Assembly (NCBI GenBank): GCA_965223845.1
Contig: CBDCXR010000004.1
Coordinates: 480,001-544,000, forward strand
Length of the DNA stretch: 64,000 bases
Source of the DNA: Planctomycetota bacterium
GTDB lineage: Bacteria > Planctomycetota > UBA8108 > SXIK01
Reading direction: 5' to 3'
Below, piece by piece: positions 45,579 to 55,893 of the stretch (position 1 is the stretch's first letter; the number at the start of each line of letters is the position of its first letter). Both the position numbers and the translations under genes were made by a program. Below the pieces are notes generated by a model. It was given only the letters and a program-made list of their open reading frames with translations, searched no databases and had not been told where the DNA came from.

Positions 45579-47540
45579 GTGAGATCACTACAGATTGCGT
45601 TCGGTACGCTCGTCGCGTTGGTCGCCACCGCCGCGTCCCCGCAGCTATCGGCTCAGCTCGTCTTCAATGAAGTGCTCTTCGATCCGAGCGGAATCGACAA
45701 CGGCCGCCAGCTCGTCGAGTTGCGAAACACGGGTGACGAGCCGATCGACCTGGGGGAAAACGGTTACTGGCTCTACTGGGCCCCGGCGCGGTGGCAGTTT
45801 CCGCCCGGCGTCGTCGTCGCGCCCGGCGACATCATCGTCGTCCACATCAATCGTCCCGGCGAGGACACCGAGCGGGAGTTCCACACCGGTGTCTCCGGAA
45901 CACGCAATCTCTCCGCCGTCGACTCGATCGGACTGTTCCGCACGAACCTCTTCGGCGACCCGAGCCAGATCGTCGACTTCGTTCAATGGGGGGCCGGCGG
46001 GAACAGCGGCGAAGAGGTCGCGACGACCGCTGGAATCTGGACCGAGCTCGCGTTCGTCGATGTTTCGTCGCTCCGCGACGGGGGCAGCCTCGTCTACGAC
46101 GGATCGGGCGATGCGCCGAGCGATTGGTGCGTCGATGGTTCACCTTCGCTCGGTGCGGAGAACGACGAGTGCACTCCGTCGTTCGCCTCGAGCCAGGTGC
46201 GCCTGAGCGAGGTCGGCTGGACGCGTCCGAACGACGCGCCGTCGCACTACGCGGTTGAGCTGTTCCACGAGGGCGATCTCCTCGAAGACCTCTCGGGACG
46301 CTGGCTGGCTCTCGACGGTGAAGTCGCGTACGCCTTTCCGCCCGGGACGGTCGTCGCGCCGGAGGAGAGGGTGATCGTCCGATTCGGTCTCGATGGCATC
46401 GACAGCTTTGACCTCGACGCCGGTCTCTTCGACCTCTACGCCGGCGCCGAGCTCGACTGGACTCCCGAGAGTACCGGGTCCGCGTCCCTTCACGCGGGAG
46501 AGGAGGCGTCCGAGCCGACGCAGCTCCTCGACTTCGTCCAGTGGGGCGGACGCACCGCCCTCGAGGACGCCGCCGTCGCGGCCGGCCACTGGGGCGACGG
46601 CGAATTCGTCGACGCCTCCTCTTGGCGCCCGGACGGCGCGTTCGCCGTCGTTGCGGGAGGGGTCGGCGCCTCTCGGTGGCGTGTCGACAACACGGGATCC
46701 ATCGGACAGCCGAACGATGCTCACCCGCACGTCGCCATCGTGATCAACGAGGTCCTCCTCCGTTCGAGCACGGGCGCGGGACACGCGATCGAGCTGCTCA
46801 ACGTCCACCACGAGACGGTCGACGTCGGCGGATATACGCTCTGCGTCGATTCTCCGCGCGCGTTCGGACGACGCTGCTTCACCATCCCGGGAACGGTCTC
46901 CGTACCATCCGGAGAGCTCGTCGTCGTCGAGTGGAATCGAAACGGCGACGACGAAGAGCGTCGATTCTTCGCCGGTACGGGCGCCGACTACGAGAGCGGG
47001 GCGGGTTCGTTCGGGCTCTTCGTCGCTGCCGACGAGGGCGACGACAACAACGCGATCGATTTCGTCGCCTGGGGCGTCGAGTTCGAGACCTCGCGCGAAG
47101 CGCAGGCGGTTCGCACCGGGCTCTGGACTTCTGGCGACAGGGTGGATGTGAGCGTGCTGCCGGAGAGCGCGAGCCTCGCCTACGACGGAATCGGCGACCT
47201 CTCCTCGAGCTTCCGGATCGACGACTCGCCGAGCATCGGCGAGCTCAATCGGGAGCCGCCGCCCCGGAATCCATTCCGCCGCGGAGACTGCAACACCGAC
47301 GGCAGCACGGACATCTCCGACGCCATCCGGCTGTTCGGACTCCTCTTTTCCGACGGGCTCGATCCCGTGTGCCAGGCCGCGTGCGACTCGAACCGAGACC
47401 ATGGAGTGGACATCTCCGACGCGGTCTACATCCTCAACTGGCTCTTCCGCGGCGACGACGGACCGCCCCCGCCGAACGAGCAGTGCGGCTCCGATCGCGA
47501 CGCGGCCGCGCTGACGTGCGCCGAATACCTCGCCTGCTGA
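45579..47540 (+). CDS. Secreted protein with three LTD-like repeats and a dockerin-like C-terminus
   Basis: GAGGAG RBS, signal peptide ending LSA-Q. Three units, each with NE/SE...VEL, DFV(Q/A)WG and S-(I/L)-G-x-x-N. C-terminal FRRGDCNTDGSTDISD...CDSNRDHGVDISDAVYIL. Confidence 0.85.
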   Translation: MRSLQIAFGTLVALVATAASPQLSAQLVFNEVLFDPSGIDNGRQLVELRNTGDEPIDLGENGYWLYWAPARWQFPPGVVVAPGDIIVVHINRPGEDTEREFHTGVSGTRNLSAVDSIGLFRTNLFGDPSQIVDFVQWGAGGNSGEEVATTAGIWTELAFVDVSSLRDGGSLVYDGSGDAPSDWCVDGSPSLGAENDECTPSFASSQVRLSEVGWTRPNDAPSHYAVELFHEGDLLEDLSGRWLALDGEVAYAFPPGTVVAPEERVIVRFGLDGIDSFDLDAGLFDLYAGAELDWTPESTGSASLHAGEEASEPTQLLDFVQWGGRTALEDAAVAAGHWGDGEFVDASSWRPDGAFAVVAGGVGASRWRVDNTGSIGQPNDAHPHVAIVINEVLLRSSTGAGHAIELLNVHHETVDVGGYTLCVDSPRAFGRRCFTIPGTVSVPSGELVVVEWNRNGDDEERRFFAGTGADYESGAGSFGLFVAADEGDDNNAIDFVAWGVEFETSREAQAVRTGLWTSGDRVDVSVLPESASLAYDGIGDLSSSFRIDDSPSIGELNREPPPRNPFRRGDCNTDGSTDISDAIRLFGLLFSDGLDPVCQAACDSNRDHGVDISDAVYILNWLFRGDDGPPPPNEQCGSDRDAAALTCAEYLAC

Positions 47541-47709
47541 TCGCGGACGGCGGTCGCTAGCTGGCGCACGAGCGTCTCACGTTCTGCTCGAGAGCGATGC
47601 CCGAGATCTGGCATCGCGGACTGGCGTGCCTTATACCTCTGGTGCCGCTGCATCGGTCGTCGGGTTCGACCGGGATGCGGCGCGATGGGTGTCGAGACGC
47701 ATCGGTAGC

Positions 47710-49284
47710 ATGGAACGCAACGAGATTCTCTTTCGCGAGCTTCTCCGGCTCGGACGCGCGCGGCGCACGTATTTTCTCCGTGGAGTCGCCCCGCTCGCCA
47801 TCGGAGTCCTCCTCCTCGCACTCTTCGTCTCAGAGAACGTTCAGACGGGGATCTACGCGTTTCGCTGGCTGATGGTCGCTTTCAACGTGTTCGCGTTCGT
47901 GGCGATGCCGCTCCTCATCTCGGGCGTCCTCCACGAAGAGTGGCAGTCGAACACGCTCTCCGTGCTCTTTCTCGCCGAGACCACGCTCAGCTCGATTCTC
48001 CGGGGGATCCTCGGGTCGCGCGTCATCATCGTTCTCGCGAGCCTAGTCGCGTGCTTTCCTCTCCTCATTTCGGTGATGAACTTCGGTGGGGTGACGAGTA
48101 CGCAGATGGTTCAATTCTCGACCCTCATCGTCTCGCTCACCGTCTTCTACGGCGCGTTCGCGATGTGGGCGAACTGCGTCTGCCGCACGCGGGAGATGGC
48201 GCTCCTCTTTACGTTCGGCATCCTCGGTGTCCCTCAGCTCGTCTGCGCGTACTGGTTCCAGATCGGGGCGAAAGAGTGGGGGAGCCTGCCCGAGGCGCTT
48301 GGAATCGCGCCATCGGTCGTCATGCTCCAGCTCACCGAAGGAACCATTCCGTGGGGTTGGTCGGGGCGCCACGGTCAGTGGGCCGGCGCGGCGTCGCTCG
48401 GAGAGGGCTTTCAGTTCGGGTGGCTGTCGCTTCAATTCATTTCACTCGCGCTTGCGAGCGTGTTCTTCCTCCTCGCCCGTCGATCGCTCGGCCGGCGGAT
48501 CGTCACCAGCGAGGGGGCGAAGGCGAGCGGACCGGCCGACGCGCCGCCGGTCCGCGTCGAAGAGAAACGAGGCCGCGAGCACACCACGATCGTCGGCAAT
48601 CCGATTAGCTGGCTCGTCCTGAAGCGCTTCGATCCCCTCTTCGGGGTACCGAAGCTCGTCGCGGTGGTGATCGCCTTCGCGCTGACGATCGGGCTCGAGG
48701 TGCTCGACGAGACCGTTTCGGTGGCGGTCGCGCGCGACGCCGTGCTCTTTCTCGGGCTCGCCCTCATGGCGTGGACGTTTCTCTGGGCGTGTCTCGTCTC
48801 AGCTCAGATGTGGATGGAGGAGCGAACCGAGCGGACGATGGAGCTTCTCCTCGCGACGCCGTACACACTCGACGAAGTGATTCTCTGGAAAGTGGACGCT
48901 CTCTTTTGGGCGCTCATCGCGCCGGCGACGATGTACAGCGCGCTCTGTTCGACGGCGATCTGGTCCTTTCAGCACGGAACGAGCCTCGCGCTCAAGCTCT
49001 TTCTCATCGCTCCGTTCACGCTCTGCTGTTTTCTCTACTCGTACGTGGGGCTCTTTGTCGTCGTCTACGTGACGATCTTCTTCGCGATGCGTGCAGCGAG
49101 CGCGGTTCAGGCTGTCCTCTCGACCTTCGGGCTGATCGGCGCGACGATCTTCGTCAATCTTCTCGGGTTCGGACTTGGGACCGAATCCGGACTCTTCTTG
49201 ATCGCCGTCCTCTACGATTTCGTTCTCCTCGCGGCGTTCGTTCCTGCGTTTCGCAAGCGCCTCCGGACGTTCGAGCTCCGCTGA
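47710..49284 (+). CDS. ABC-2-type transporter permease with two homologous halves
   Basis: About 12 hydrophobic segments. Two copies of the EE-x3-(N/R)T(L/M)-x-LL motif (EEWQSNTLSVLFLA, EERTERTMELLLATP). Confidence 0.75.
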   Translation: MERNEILFRELLRLGRARRTYFLRGVAPLAIGVLLLALFVSENVQTGIYAFRWLMVAFNVFAFVAMPLLISGVLHEEWQSNTLSVLFLAETTLSSILRGILGSRVIIVLASLVACFPLLISVMNFGGVTSTQMVQFSTLIVSLTVFYGAFAMWANCVCRTREMALLFTFGILGVPQLVCAYWFQIGAKEWGSLPEALGIAPSVVMLQLTEGTIPWGWSGRHGQWAGAASLGEGFQFGWLSLQFISLALASVFFLLARRSLGRRIVTSEGAKASGPADAPPVRVEEKRGREHTTIVGNPISWLVLKRFDPLFGVPKLVAVVIAFALTIGLEVLDETVSVAVARDAVLFLGLALMAWTFLWACLVSAQMWMEERTERTMELLLATPYTLDEVILWKVDALFWALIAPATMYSALCSTAIWSFQHGTSLALKLFLIAPFTLCCFLYSYVGLFVVVYVTIFFAMRAASAVQAVLSTFGLIGATIFVNLLGFGLGTESGLFLIAVLYDFVLLAAFVPAFRKRLRTFELR

Positions 49285-49548
49285 GCGGCTCGAACGAGGT
49301 TCACCGGGACGGCGCCTTCGGCCGATACCCGAATAGATCGCGTCCTTCGCGTCGGGGAGTGCCGCTGCGCATTCTTCGGCTCCGCTCCGTCGACCGGTTC
49401 GACCTCGTTCGCGGGGCGATAACTCGCGTTGCGGGCGATGCCCCTCGAGTAGAATCTCGAGAGGACTCGGCAGATTCGTGCGCTCCGGGCACTCGGCTCG
49501 CGAGCGGATCGATCGGGATGCATCTTTGAGACTGAGGTTTCGCTCACG

Positions 49549-49905
49549 ATGGGAAGAATTCTGATCTCGCTCCTCGCGGTCGTGTTGGTGCTGAACGCCA
49601 TGACCTTCCTCCTCGTCGCTTTTCAAGAGGGACCGGAGGAGTCCGCGGCTGAAGTCGACTCGGGACCCGACCCGGCGATTCAAGGCCTCGTTCGACAGGT
49701 AGGCGAGATCAAGAAGAAGGTCGACGACCTGTCTCGCCAGCGGACATCGTCCGCTCAGCTCACGCGCAAGCTGGATGCACTCACCAAGAAGCTCGACACG
49801 ATCCAGCGGCAGCTCGACGAAGCGTTCGCCGCCGAACCGGAGCCGGAACCGGAACTGGAGCCCGAGCCCGTCGAGGACGATGGCGGTGCGGGCGAGGATG
49901 CGTAG
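49549..49905 (+). CDS. Small membrane-anchored coiled-coil protein
   Basis: N-terminal TM, heptad helix, acidic EP-repeat tail. Confidence 0.7.
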   Translation: MGRILISLLAVVLVLNAMTFLLVAFQEGPEESAAEVDSGPDPAIQGLVRQVGEIKKKVDDLSRQRTSSAQLTRKLDALTKKLDTIQRQLDEAFAAEPEPEPELEPEPVEDDGGAGEDA

Positions 49906-49923
49906 ACGGTCAGCGAACGAGCG

Positions 49924-50715
49924 ATGATTCCAGCGCCCGAACCCGACTCCGCTCCCGCCGTGATCGCCGGCGGTACTTCGTCCGCGACCTTGGACGTCGC
50001 GGGCGAGGAGACGCTCGAGCTCTTCCGTGAGAACCCGGCCTACAACGAGTTTCTCGTCGAGCGACTGATTCGGCTCAGCGGAAGTCCTCTCTCCGGGCGC
50101 GTGCTCGAGATCGGCTGCGGCATCGGGAACATTACCTCGGTCTTACTCGCGAAAGAAGGCGTCGAGTATCTCCACGGGGTCGATCTCGATCCGGCCTACA
50201 TCGAGCGGGTGCGGCGGGAGATCGCCGATTCCCGCCTCGAGACGACGGCTGCGCGCGCGGAGGAGTTCTGTCCCGAGAGGTTCACGGCGGCGGACGGCCA
50301 GTTCGACACGATCTTCTGCAGCAACGTCCTCGAGCACATCGAGGACGACGAAGGTACGCTGCGAAACTTCGCCGCGATGCTTCGTCCGGGCGGACGAGCG
50401 CTCGTCCTCGTCCCGGCGCATCCGTCACTCTTCTGCGGACTCGACGAGAATCTCTCCCATTTTCGCCGCTACCGGCGGCGAGACTTCGACGCGCTCGCCG
50501 CCCGAACCGAGCTCCGCGTCGTCGCGTCGCGCTACTTCAACCCGCTCGGGGCGCTCGGTTGGTGGCTGAACGGGAAGGTGCTCAAGCGGCGCGTGCTCCC
50601 CGCCGGACAACTCTCGGCATACACGCGCTTCGCGATTCCGATTTCGCGCCTCGTCGACTGGCTAAATCCCTTCCCGCTCGGCGTCTCCGTGCTCGCCGTG
50701 CTGACGCCGCGGTGA
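49924..50715 (+). CDS. Class I SAM-dependent methyltransferase
   Basis: VLEIGCGIG, NVLEHIEDD, LRPGG, VPAHP...HFRRY motifs. Confidence 0.9.
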   Translation: MIPAPEPDSAPAVIAGGTSSATLDVAGEETLELFRENPAYNEFLVERLIRLSGSPLSGRVLEIGCGIGNITSVLLAKEGVEYLHGVDLDPAYIERVRREIADSRLETTAARAEEFCPERFTAADGQFDTIFCSNVLEHIEDDEGTLRNFAAMLRPGGRALVLVPAHPSLFCGLDENLSHFRRYRRRDFDALAARTELRVVASRYFNPLGALGWWLNGKVLKRRVLPAGQLSAYTRFAIPISRLVDWLNPFPLGVSVLAVLTPR

Positions 50716-50790
50716 GGAAGGGGAGCGAACCGCGCGGATCGGCCGGCGATCGGCCGATCCGCACGGTTCGCCGCGACCCCAAGTCTGTCG

Positions 50791-53700
50791 TTACTCCGTC
50801 GGCAGACAGGCGATGTCGTCCTCGGTCGGATCGAGGCCCGGCTCCGAGAACGGGCTCGGTGGTTCCGGCCCGTCGGCGAAGAGGTGGAGGAGCAGATAGA
50901 TCGGATCGGTGATGTTCACCCGTCCGGTGTCGTCGACGTCGGCGGCGTCTTCGCAAGCGAGTCGGCCGTCGCCGAAGAGATACTCGAGGATCGCGACGGC
51001 ATCAGCGAGGTTCACAGAATCGTCCCCGTTGACCTCGCCGCGGAGGAACGGGATCTTGCTCGGATCGGGGATGACCGTGACGGTTTCGGTGGCGACGAGG
51101 TCGCCGCTCCGGCTGAACGCGAAGATCTGCACCTCGCTCGCCGTGTCGCCGGGAACGTCGACGCGCATGGTCCAGCGCGTCGGGAACTGACTTCCCGCGG
51201 AAGCCCATTCGATGGCCGCCGTTTCGGTGTCCCCGTCGTCGACTACGGTCAGGAAGCTGCGCGCGTCGAGCGGGGCCGTCCCCGTGATCGTGGCGACCCC
51301 GTCTTCGGCGATGATCGGAAGATCCGACGTCACCGCAAAACCCGCGGCGAACGAGGTGCGCCACGTGCTGTTGACGCGTGAGACTCGCGTGCGCGCGAAT
51401 CCTAGAATCCCGTTCGGGCTATTCACGCCCCCTGGGCCGGCGTCTTCGGCGACTGCAGACGTCCAGCTCGTCAAATAGGCGTTCGACCAGAAGGTCTCGG
51501 TGAACTCCTTGAGGATGCTGCCGTAGAGCCGCCGGTATTTCGGATAGTTGTAGAGACGGCTCACGCCGCTCGCGGCACTGTCGCGCGGAATGAGCGTCGC
51601 ACCGGTGTTCGCGAAGGTATGGTCCATGTCCCACGGGAGGAGATAGCAGCGACCTTCGATCGGGGCGTAGTAAAGGTACGCGTTCTGGCCGTTCCCGATT
51701 CCGATCGTGTCCCAATCGTCCTGGAGAACGCGGATGATGAACGTGCGGAAGAACGATTCGACGTTGAGGATGCCCTCGATCGTTTCTTCGAACACCTCGT
51801 CCGGCGTCGTCGTTCGATCCATCGCCCGGAGGAGCGCGATGAGCGGCGAGAAATCATCCTGATCACGGAGAATCTTCGGGTGCCAGTAGTAGCGAAGGTT
51901 CTCCGGCGATTCTTCCCCGGCGTACGGCGCACCGCGGTAGCGCCGGAACGCCGTCCAGTCGTTTGCCTGCATGTCGGGGCCGCGCCCGCCGGAACTGTCG
52001 TTGAACGCGAGTTTCCCGGTGATCTTCCACGCCATACCGCCGGAATCCTCCGGCCAGTTGAAGTCGGCGTAATCTTTGTCGATCACCGACACATGCGCGA
52101 GCGCACCGCCGCTGTGCTGCGCAGCGTTCCGGTAGACTTTGTGGTAGTCGTAGATCTGGCCGGTCGGAACGACGGCACCGGGAACCGAAGCTTTCGCGAG
52201 AAGCTGATACCCCGTTCCTTCGTTCTGCGCCGACCCGTAGCGGCTGATATTGAACTTTTTGAATTCGTCGCGGTAGCGGTGGTCGCCGTTGAACCGCACG
52301 CGGAACATGCGCGGTGAGCCGGGACGGTTCCACGGGCTCCCGTGGTAACGGAAGCCGACGTCGTAGTAGACCTCCTCCTCCTCGAACACGAAAGTCCCGC
52401 GGATGAGATGGTTCGAGTGGAGGAACTGGGTGTCGAGCCGCCGGTTGTTCGTCGAGTTGAGGACGACGCGCTGGCGGAGGAGCGGACTCTCGATCGGCTG
52501 ATCGACGATGCACGCCCAGGTTTTCTCCGGGGCGTCCCAAGGATACGCGTGCGTCGCACCGAGCGAATCCTTCGTCTCGAACCAGAAGTTCACGATCGCT
52601 CCGTCCGACTGGCTCGGGATACGACCGCCGTAGCGCCCGTCCCCCGCGACCTCGTCGCCGTCTTCGCCGGCGTCGTTGAGCGAGATCATCTGCGCGACTT
52701 CGTCGCCGTCGACGAGGTAGTGGAGGTTCACCTCATCGATGCCGTCCTCGTCGGCGACGTCGGCCCGGAACGTAATCAGCTCCGTCGGGAGCGGCACCGC
52801 CGGAAAGTGACGCGCGTTCGAGACCACGGGCCCGAGGTTGTCGGCTCGAACGCTGTTTTCGCGTCCCGGCGTCCCGGGCTGGGTCGGCACCGGTAACCAC
52901 ACCGTGCGGCCGAACGCGTTGTTGTGACCGCAGACGTGAAGCGCATTGCTGCCGGTGATCCAGCGCGCGGAGACGCGGATCGTTCCTTCACCACGCGGAT
53001 AATTGCGCGAGGCCTGCGCTTCCACTCGGTTCGCTTTGTTGTTTCCGCCGCCGCTAGCAACGATGTGGAGGCTACCCTCGCCGCTTCGTGCGTCCTCGGT
53101 GGTGTGGAACGACTCCTCGTGGTTTCCCCAGAGACGCCAGCGGGTGTCGCCGTCCTCGAAATCGCCGTTCGCGATGTGCTCCGTAGCGCCCACCGCGACC
53201 GAGACGTCGTCGACGAGGCACTCGCCGGCCGTCAGGAGATAGAGGTGGATCTCGGGGTCCGCCGGACCGGGAGCGACGGGATCGAGCCGCGCGGTGTACT
53301 CGACGTCGATCCACGGAGCCTCCTCGATGCTCCCGCGCCACGCGTGGCCGGAGGAGTTGTCGGCGTCGGGATCGATCAACTCGAGGCTCGACCCGCCGTT
53401 GTCCGCGCGAACGTCCCACTGCCCCTCATCGAAATACCGCACGTCGTCGATCGTGTTCCCGAGCGGATCGACGAGGCGCAGACGATCGCCGCTGTTGCTC
53501 AGTGTGCCGAAGCGATCGAGTTCCTCCTCGGTGGCGTTTCCCGGCAAGCCTACGACGATGTCCGCACCGAGCTCGTACCTCGACCGGACATAGTCGACAT
53601 CACGGGCGACCACGATGTAGCTGCCCGGGCCGATCGTCGCGTCGCCCGGGAAGTCGTACCGGATCGCGGAGCGGAGAGAGTATCCCGCGAGCGGAATCTC

Positions 53701-55374
53701 TCGCTCCGAGCGATTGTAGATCTCCACGTACTCGCCTCTCGCGGTGTCGACGAGGGGCCGGTTGTCTTCGTCTACGAGACGCGGGTGGTACATGATCTCG
53801 TTGATGACGAGACCCGTCTCGAGCTCGATGATGTTGCTCTCGCCGAGACTTGGAGTCGTCGACAGAGCCCAAGCCGCGTCTCTGCCGGGGAGCCGGGAGT
53901 GGCTGCGCGCCTCCTCCGGGAGTGCGGCGGGGTTGTCGACGTGGGCGGCGGACTCGACGCTGCCGTCGCTCCGGTAGAGAAAGAGCCTCAGCTCTTCCGC
54001 GGTGAGCGCGAACCCGAGCTCCGCTTCGCTTACCGCGAAGACGCCGTTCGCCGCGATGACCGTGTCGTCGGGGAAGACGTACTTGAGCGGCTCGCCCGGA
54101 TCGTCGCTCACGTGGTAGCCGTCGAGCGGAAGCGGCATACCGAGCCGGTTGATCAGCTCGATTCCGCGCTCGGCATCGGGCGCTTGAGACACGATTTCGT
54201 TGAAGTCGACCTGAGCGACCGGCGGCGGCTGGAAGAACCGAAAGGTGCGGTAGCCGATTCCGAGCCCGACTCCACCGTCGTTCGAGCCGAGGCTGACATT
54301 GTGCACCGAGGCGGCGAGGACGTTCGTTCCGACCTGCACCCGCTCCTTCGGAATGGTGATCTCTTCGGACGTCGTGAGGTTCCGCGAGCGCCGGGCGCGG
54401 CTCTCGACGGAGATCTCTTCGAGCGTGTCGTCGCGCATGTTGAGCAGCGTGACGAGCTGGCCGTTGAGGAAGAAGACGCCGCCGTCGTCGATGCTGATGC
54501 GCAGAACGAGCGAGTCCATCGCATCGAACTCTTCCTGCGTGACTTCGAACGACTTGCGCACCGCGAAGGAGTAGAAGTTGTCCTCCATGCCTTCGATCAG
54601 CGTCGCGACGTCTTCTGCGGGGTAGCCGATCGGCAACTCTCCCGACGCCCAGCCGTCGTCAGCAAAATCGGGGGCGCGCCAGGCGGCGGGCGGATCGGAA
54701 AACTCGGCGATCGCGCCGGCTTCGACATCGAAGGAAACCTTGTACCGGACCGTGGATTCGGGCCCAGTCTCCGGCGTGAGCGGGTTGTACTCGGGGATCG
54801 GCGGCGGAAAGTTGTCGATCCCCGGCGTCCCATCCGGTTGACCGCTGCGGACCCAGTTCACCCCGCGGTCGGGGTCGAGGAGCGAGCCTCGGAGGGAGAG
54901 CGTATGCCCCGTCCCGTCCGCTCCCGGAGGCCAAGGATAATCGTCTTCGTAGCGGAGGCTGACGAGCGGTTGACCCGATGCGGTGACGATCTCGATGCGC
55001 TCGCCGCCGTTGTCTAGCCGGCCGGTGAAGTTTCCGATCGCGTTGGCGATCCCGTACTTGGCGACGACGGCGTCCACGTCGCGGCAGACGACGAGTCGCG
55101 CGCGGGACGCGAGCAACGTACCACCGGGAAACGCGAACTCGATGCCCGATGCGAAGTAGGCGCCGGAAAGGTCGATCGGGATCGAGAGGTCGTTGTAGAT
55201 CTCGACGAACTCGAGTGACTCGGTGGGGTCGTCGGCGGGGTTCGGGTGGTAGTGAACTTCCGTGATCCGAAGTGCGGACACCGGTGTCGTCATGAGACAC
55301 CAGACGGCGGCCGCGAGGATCAGCGTCGAGCCGCTGCGTGCGGCTTGGCCGCGTCCGAAGGAACGATTCCCCAT
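50791..55374 (-). CDS. Secreted multidomain protein: 3 LTD, carbohydrate-binding-like domains, CotH kinase and dockerin-like C-terminus
   Basis: ITEVHYHP...EFVEIYN and INEIMYHP...EYVEIYN LTDs. CotH-like VGFRYHGS, DDWD...QNAYLY and LLPWDMDHTF. C-terminal FLRGEVNGD...DAADVDDTG...DPTEDD. Start MGNRSF at 55374. Confidence 0.88.
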   Translation of the reverse strand: MGNRSFGRGQAARSGSTLILAAAVWCLMTTPVSALRITEVHYHPNPADDPTESLEFVEIYNDLSIPIDLSGAYFASGIEFAFPGGTLLASRARLVVCRDVDAVVAKYGIANAIGNFTGRLDNGGERIEIVTASGQPLVSLRYEDDYPWPPGADGTGHTLSLRGSLLDPDRGVNWVRSGQPDGTPGIDNFPPPIPEYNPLTPETGPESTVRYKVSFDVEAGAIAEFSDPPAAWRAPDFADDGWASGELPIGYPAEDVATLIEGMEDNFYSFAVRKSFEVTQEEFDAMDSLVLRISIDDGGVFFLNGQLVTLLNMRDDTLEEISVESRARRSRNLTTSEEITIPKERVQVGTNVLAASVHNVSLGSNDGGVGLGIGYRTFRFFQPPPVAQVDFNEIVSQAPDAERGIELINRLGMPLPLDGYHVSDDPGEPLKYVFPDDTVIAANGVFAVSEAELGFALTAEELRLFLYRSDGSVESAAHVDNPAALPEEARSHSRLPGRDAAWALSTTPSLGESNIIELETGLVINEIMYHPRLVDEDNRPLVDTARGEYVEIYNRSEREIPLAGYSLRSAIRYDFPGDATIGPGSYIVVARDVDYVRSRYELGADIVVGLPGNATEEELDRFGTLSNSGDRLRLVDPLGNTIDDVRYFDEGQWDVRADNGGSSLELIDPDADNSSGHAWRGSIEEAPWIDVEYTARLDPVAPGPADPEIHLYLLTAGECLVDDVSVAVGATEHIANGDFEDGDTRWRLWGNHEESFHTTEDARSGEGSLHIVASGGGNNKANRVEAQASRNYPRGEGTIRVSARWITGSNALHVCGHNNAFGRTVWLPVPTQPGTPGRENSVRADNLGPVVSNARHFPAVPLPTELITFRADVADEDGIDEVNLHYLVDGDEVAQMISLNDAGEDGDEVAGDGRYGGRIPSQSDGAIVNFWFETKDSLGATHAYPWDAPEKTWACIVDQPIESPLLRQRVVLNSTNNRRLDTQFLHSNHLIRGTFVFEEEEVYYDVGFRYHGSPWNRPGSPRMFRVRFNGDHRYRDEFKKFNISRYGSAQNEGTGYQLLAKASVPGAVVPTGQIYDYHKVYRNAAQHSGGALAHVSVIDKDYADFNWPEDSGGMAWKITGKLAFNDSSGGRGPDMQANDWTAFRRYRGAPYAGEESPENLRYYWHPKILRDQDDFSPLIALLRAMDRTTTPDEVFEETIEGILNVESFFRTFIIRVLQDDWDTIGIGNGQNAYLYYAPIEGRCYLLPWDMDHTFANTGATLIPRDSAASGVSRLYNYPKYRRLYGSILKEFTETFWSNAYLTSWTSAVAEDAGPGGVNSPNGILGFARTRVSRVNSTWRTSFAAGFAVTSDLPIIAEDGVATITGTAPLDARSFLTVVDDGDTETAAIEWASAGSQFPTRWTMRVDVPGDTASEVQIFAFSRSGDLVATETVTVIPDPSKIPFLRGEVNGDDSVNLADAVAILEYLFGDGRLACEDAADVDDTGRVNITDPIYLLLHLFADGPEPPSPFSEPGLDPTEDDIACLPTE

Positions 55375-55893
55375 GTTCTTTCCATCCTCTCCGTGGATTC
55401 CGATCGCCGTGCGGGGGCGGTCTCGACCGGCTGGCATGAGCGCCGCGCGACGCTCGACCGCTCTTGCGAGCAGACCCGAGTCGGGCGTCGACGTACCGAT
55501 AACACCTCGTGAGGTGCGACTTTAAGGCTTCGCGAAGGCCGGAGGAAGGAGAAAAGAGCGCGCGCTCGATCCAGGTTGGCGCACCGCCGGCCGCGTGAGT
55601 CGCGATCGGGTCCTGTATGCGTCCTCGCCGTCCGCCAGACGCGCGGCGCACGGGCAACGTCCAGCGGCCGATCGAGCGGATCGCCCCGCCCCGACGCGTC
55701 AGCGCCGACCCAGGGCTCCCGGAGATCGACAACCCGTGACAACTGGCGACAGCTTGCGACTGGGAACGGCGAAACCGGCCGGGGAGGATAGCGACTGTCG
55801 AGAGCGAACGGGCCCCGCGGTCCCGGCTCCACTCTCGACGTTCCGAGGTGGAGCGCCAAGCATTCGGCAAACTCTCGCAGAAAGGAAGCGACC

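Noticed and set aside
55480-55800. Small hairpins and GGCGAAACC suggesting a c-di-GMP riboswitch or SRP RNA
   Set aside because: I could not assemble the conserved core motifs on either strand. An Infernal scan would settle it.
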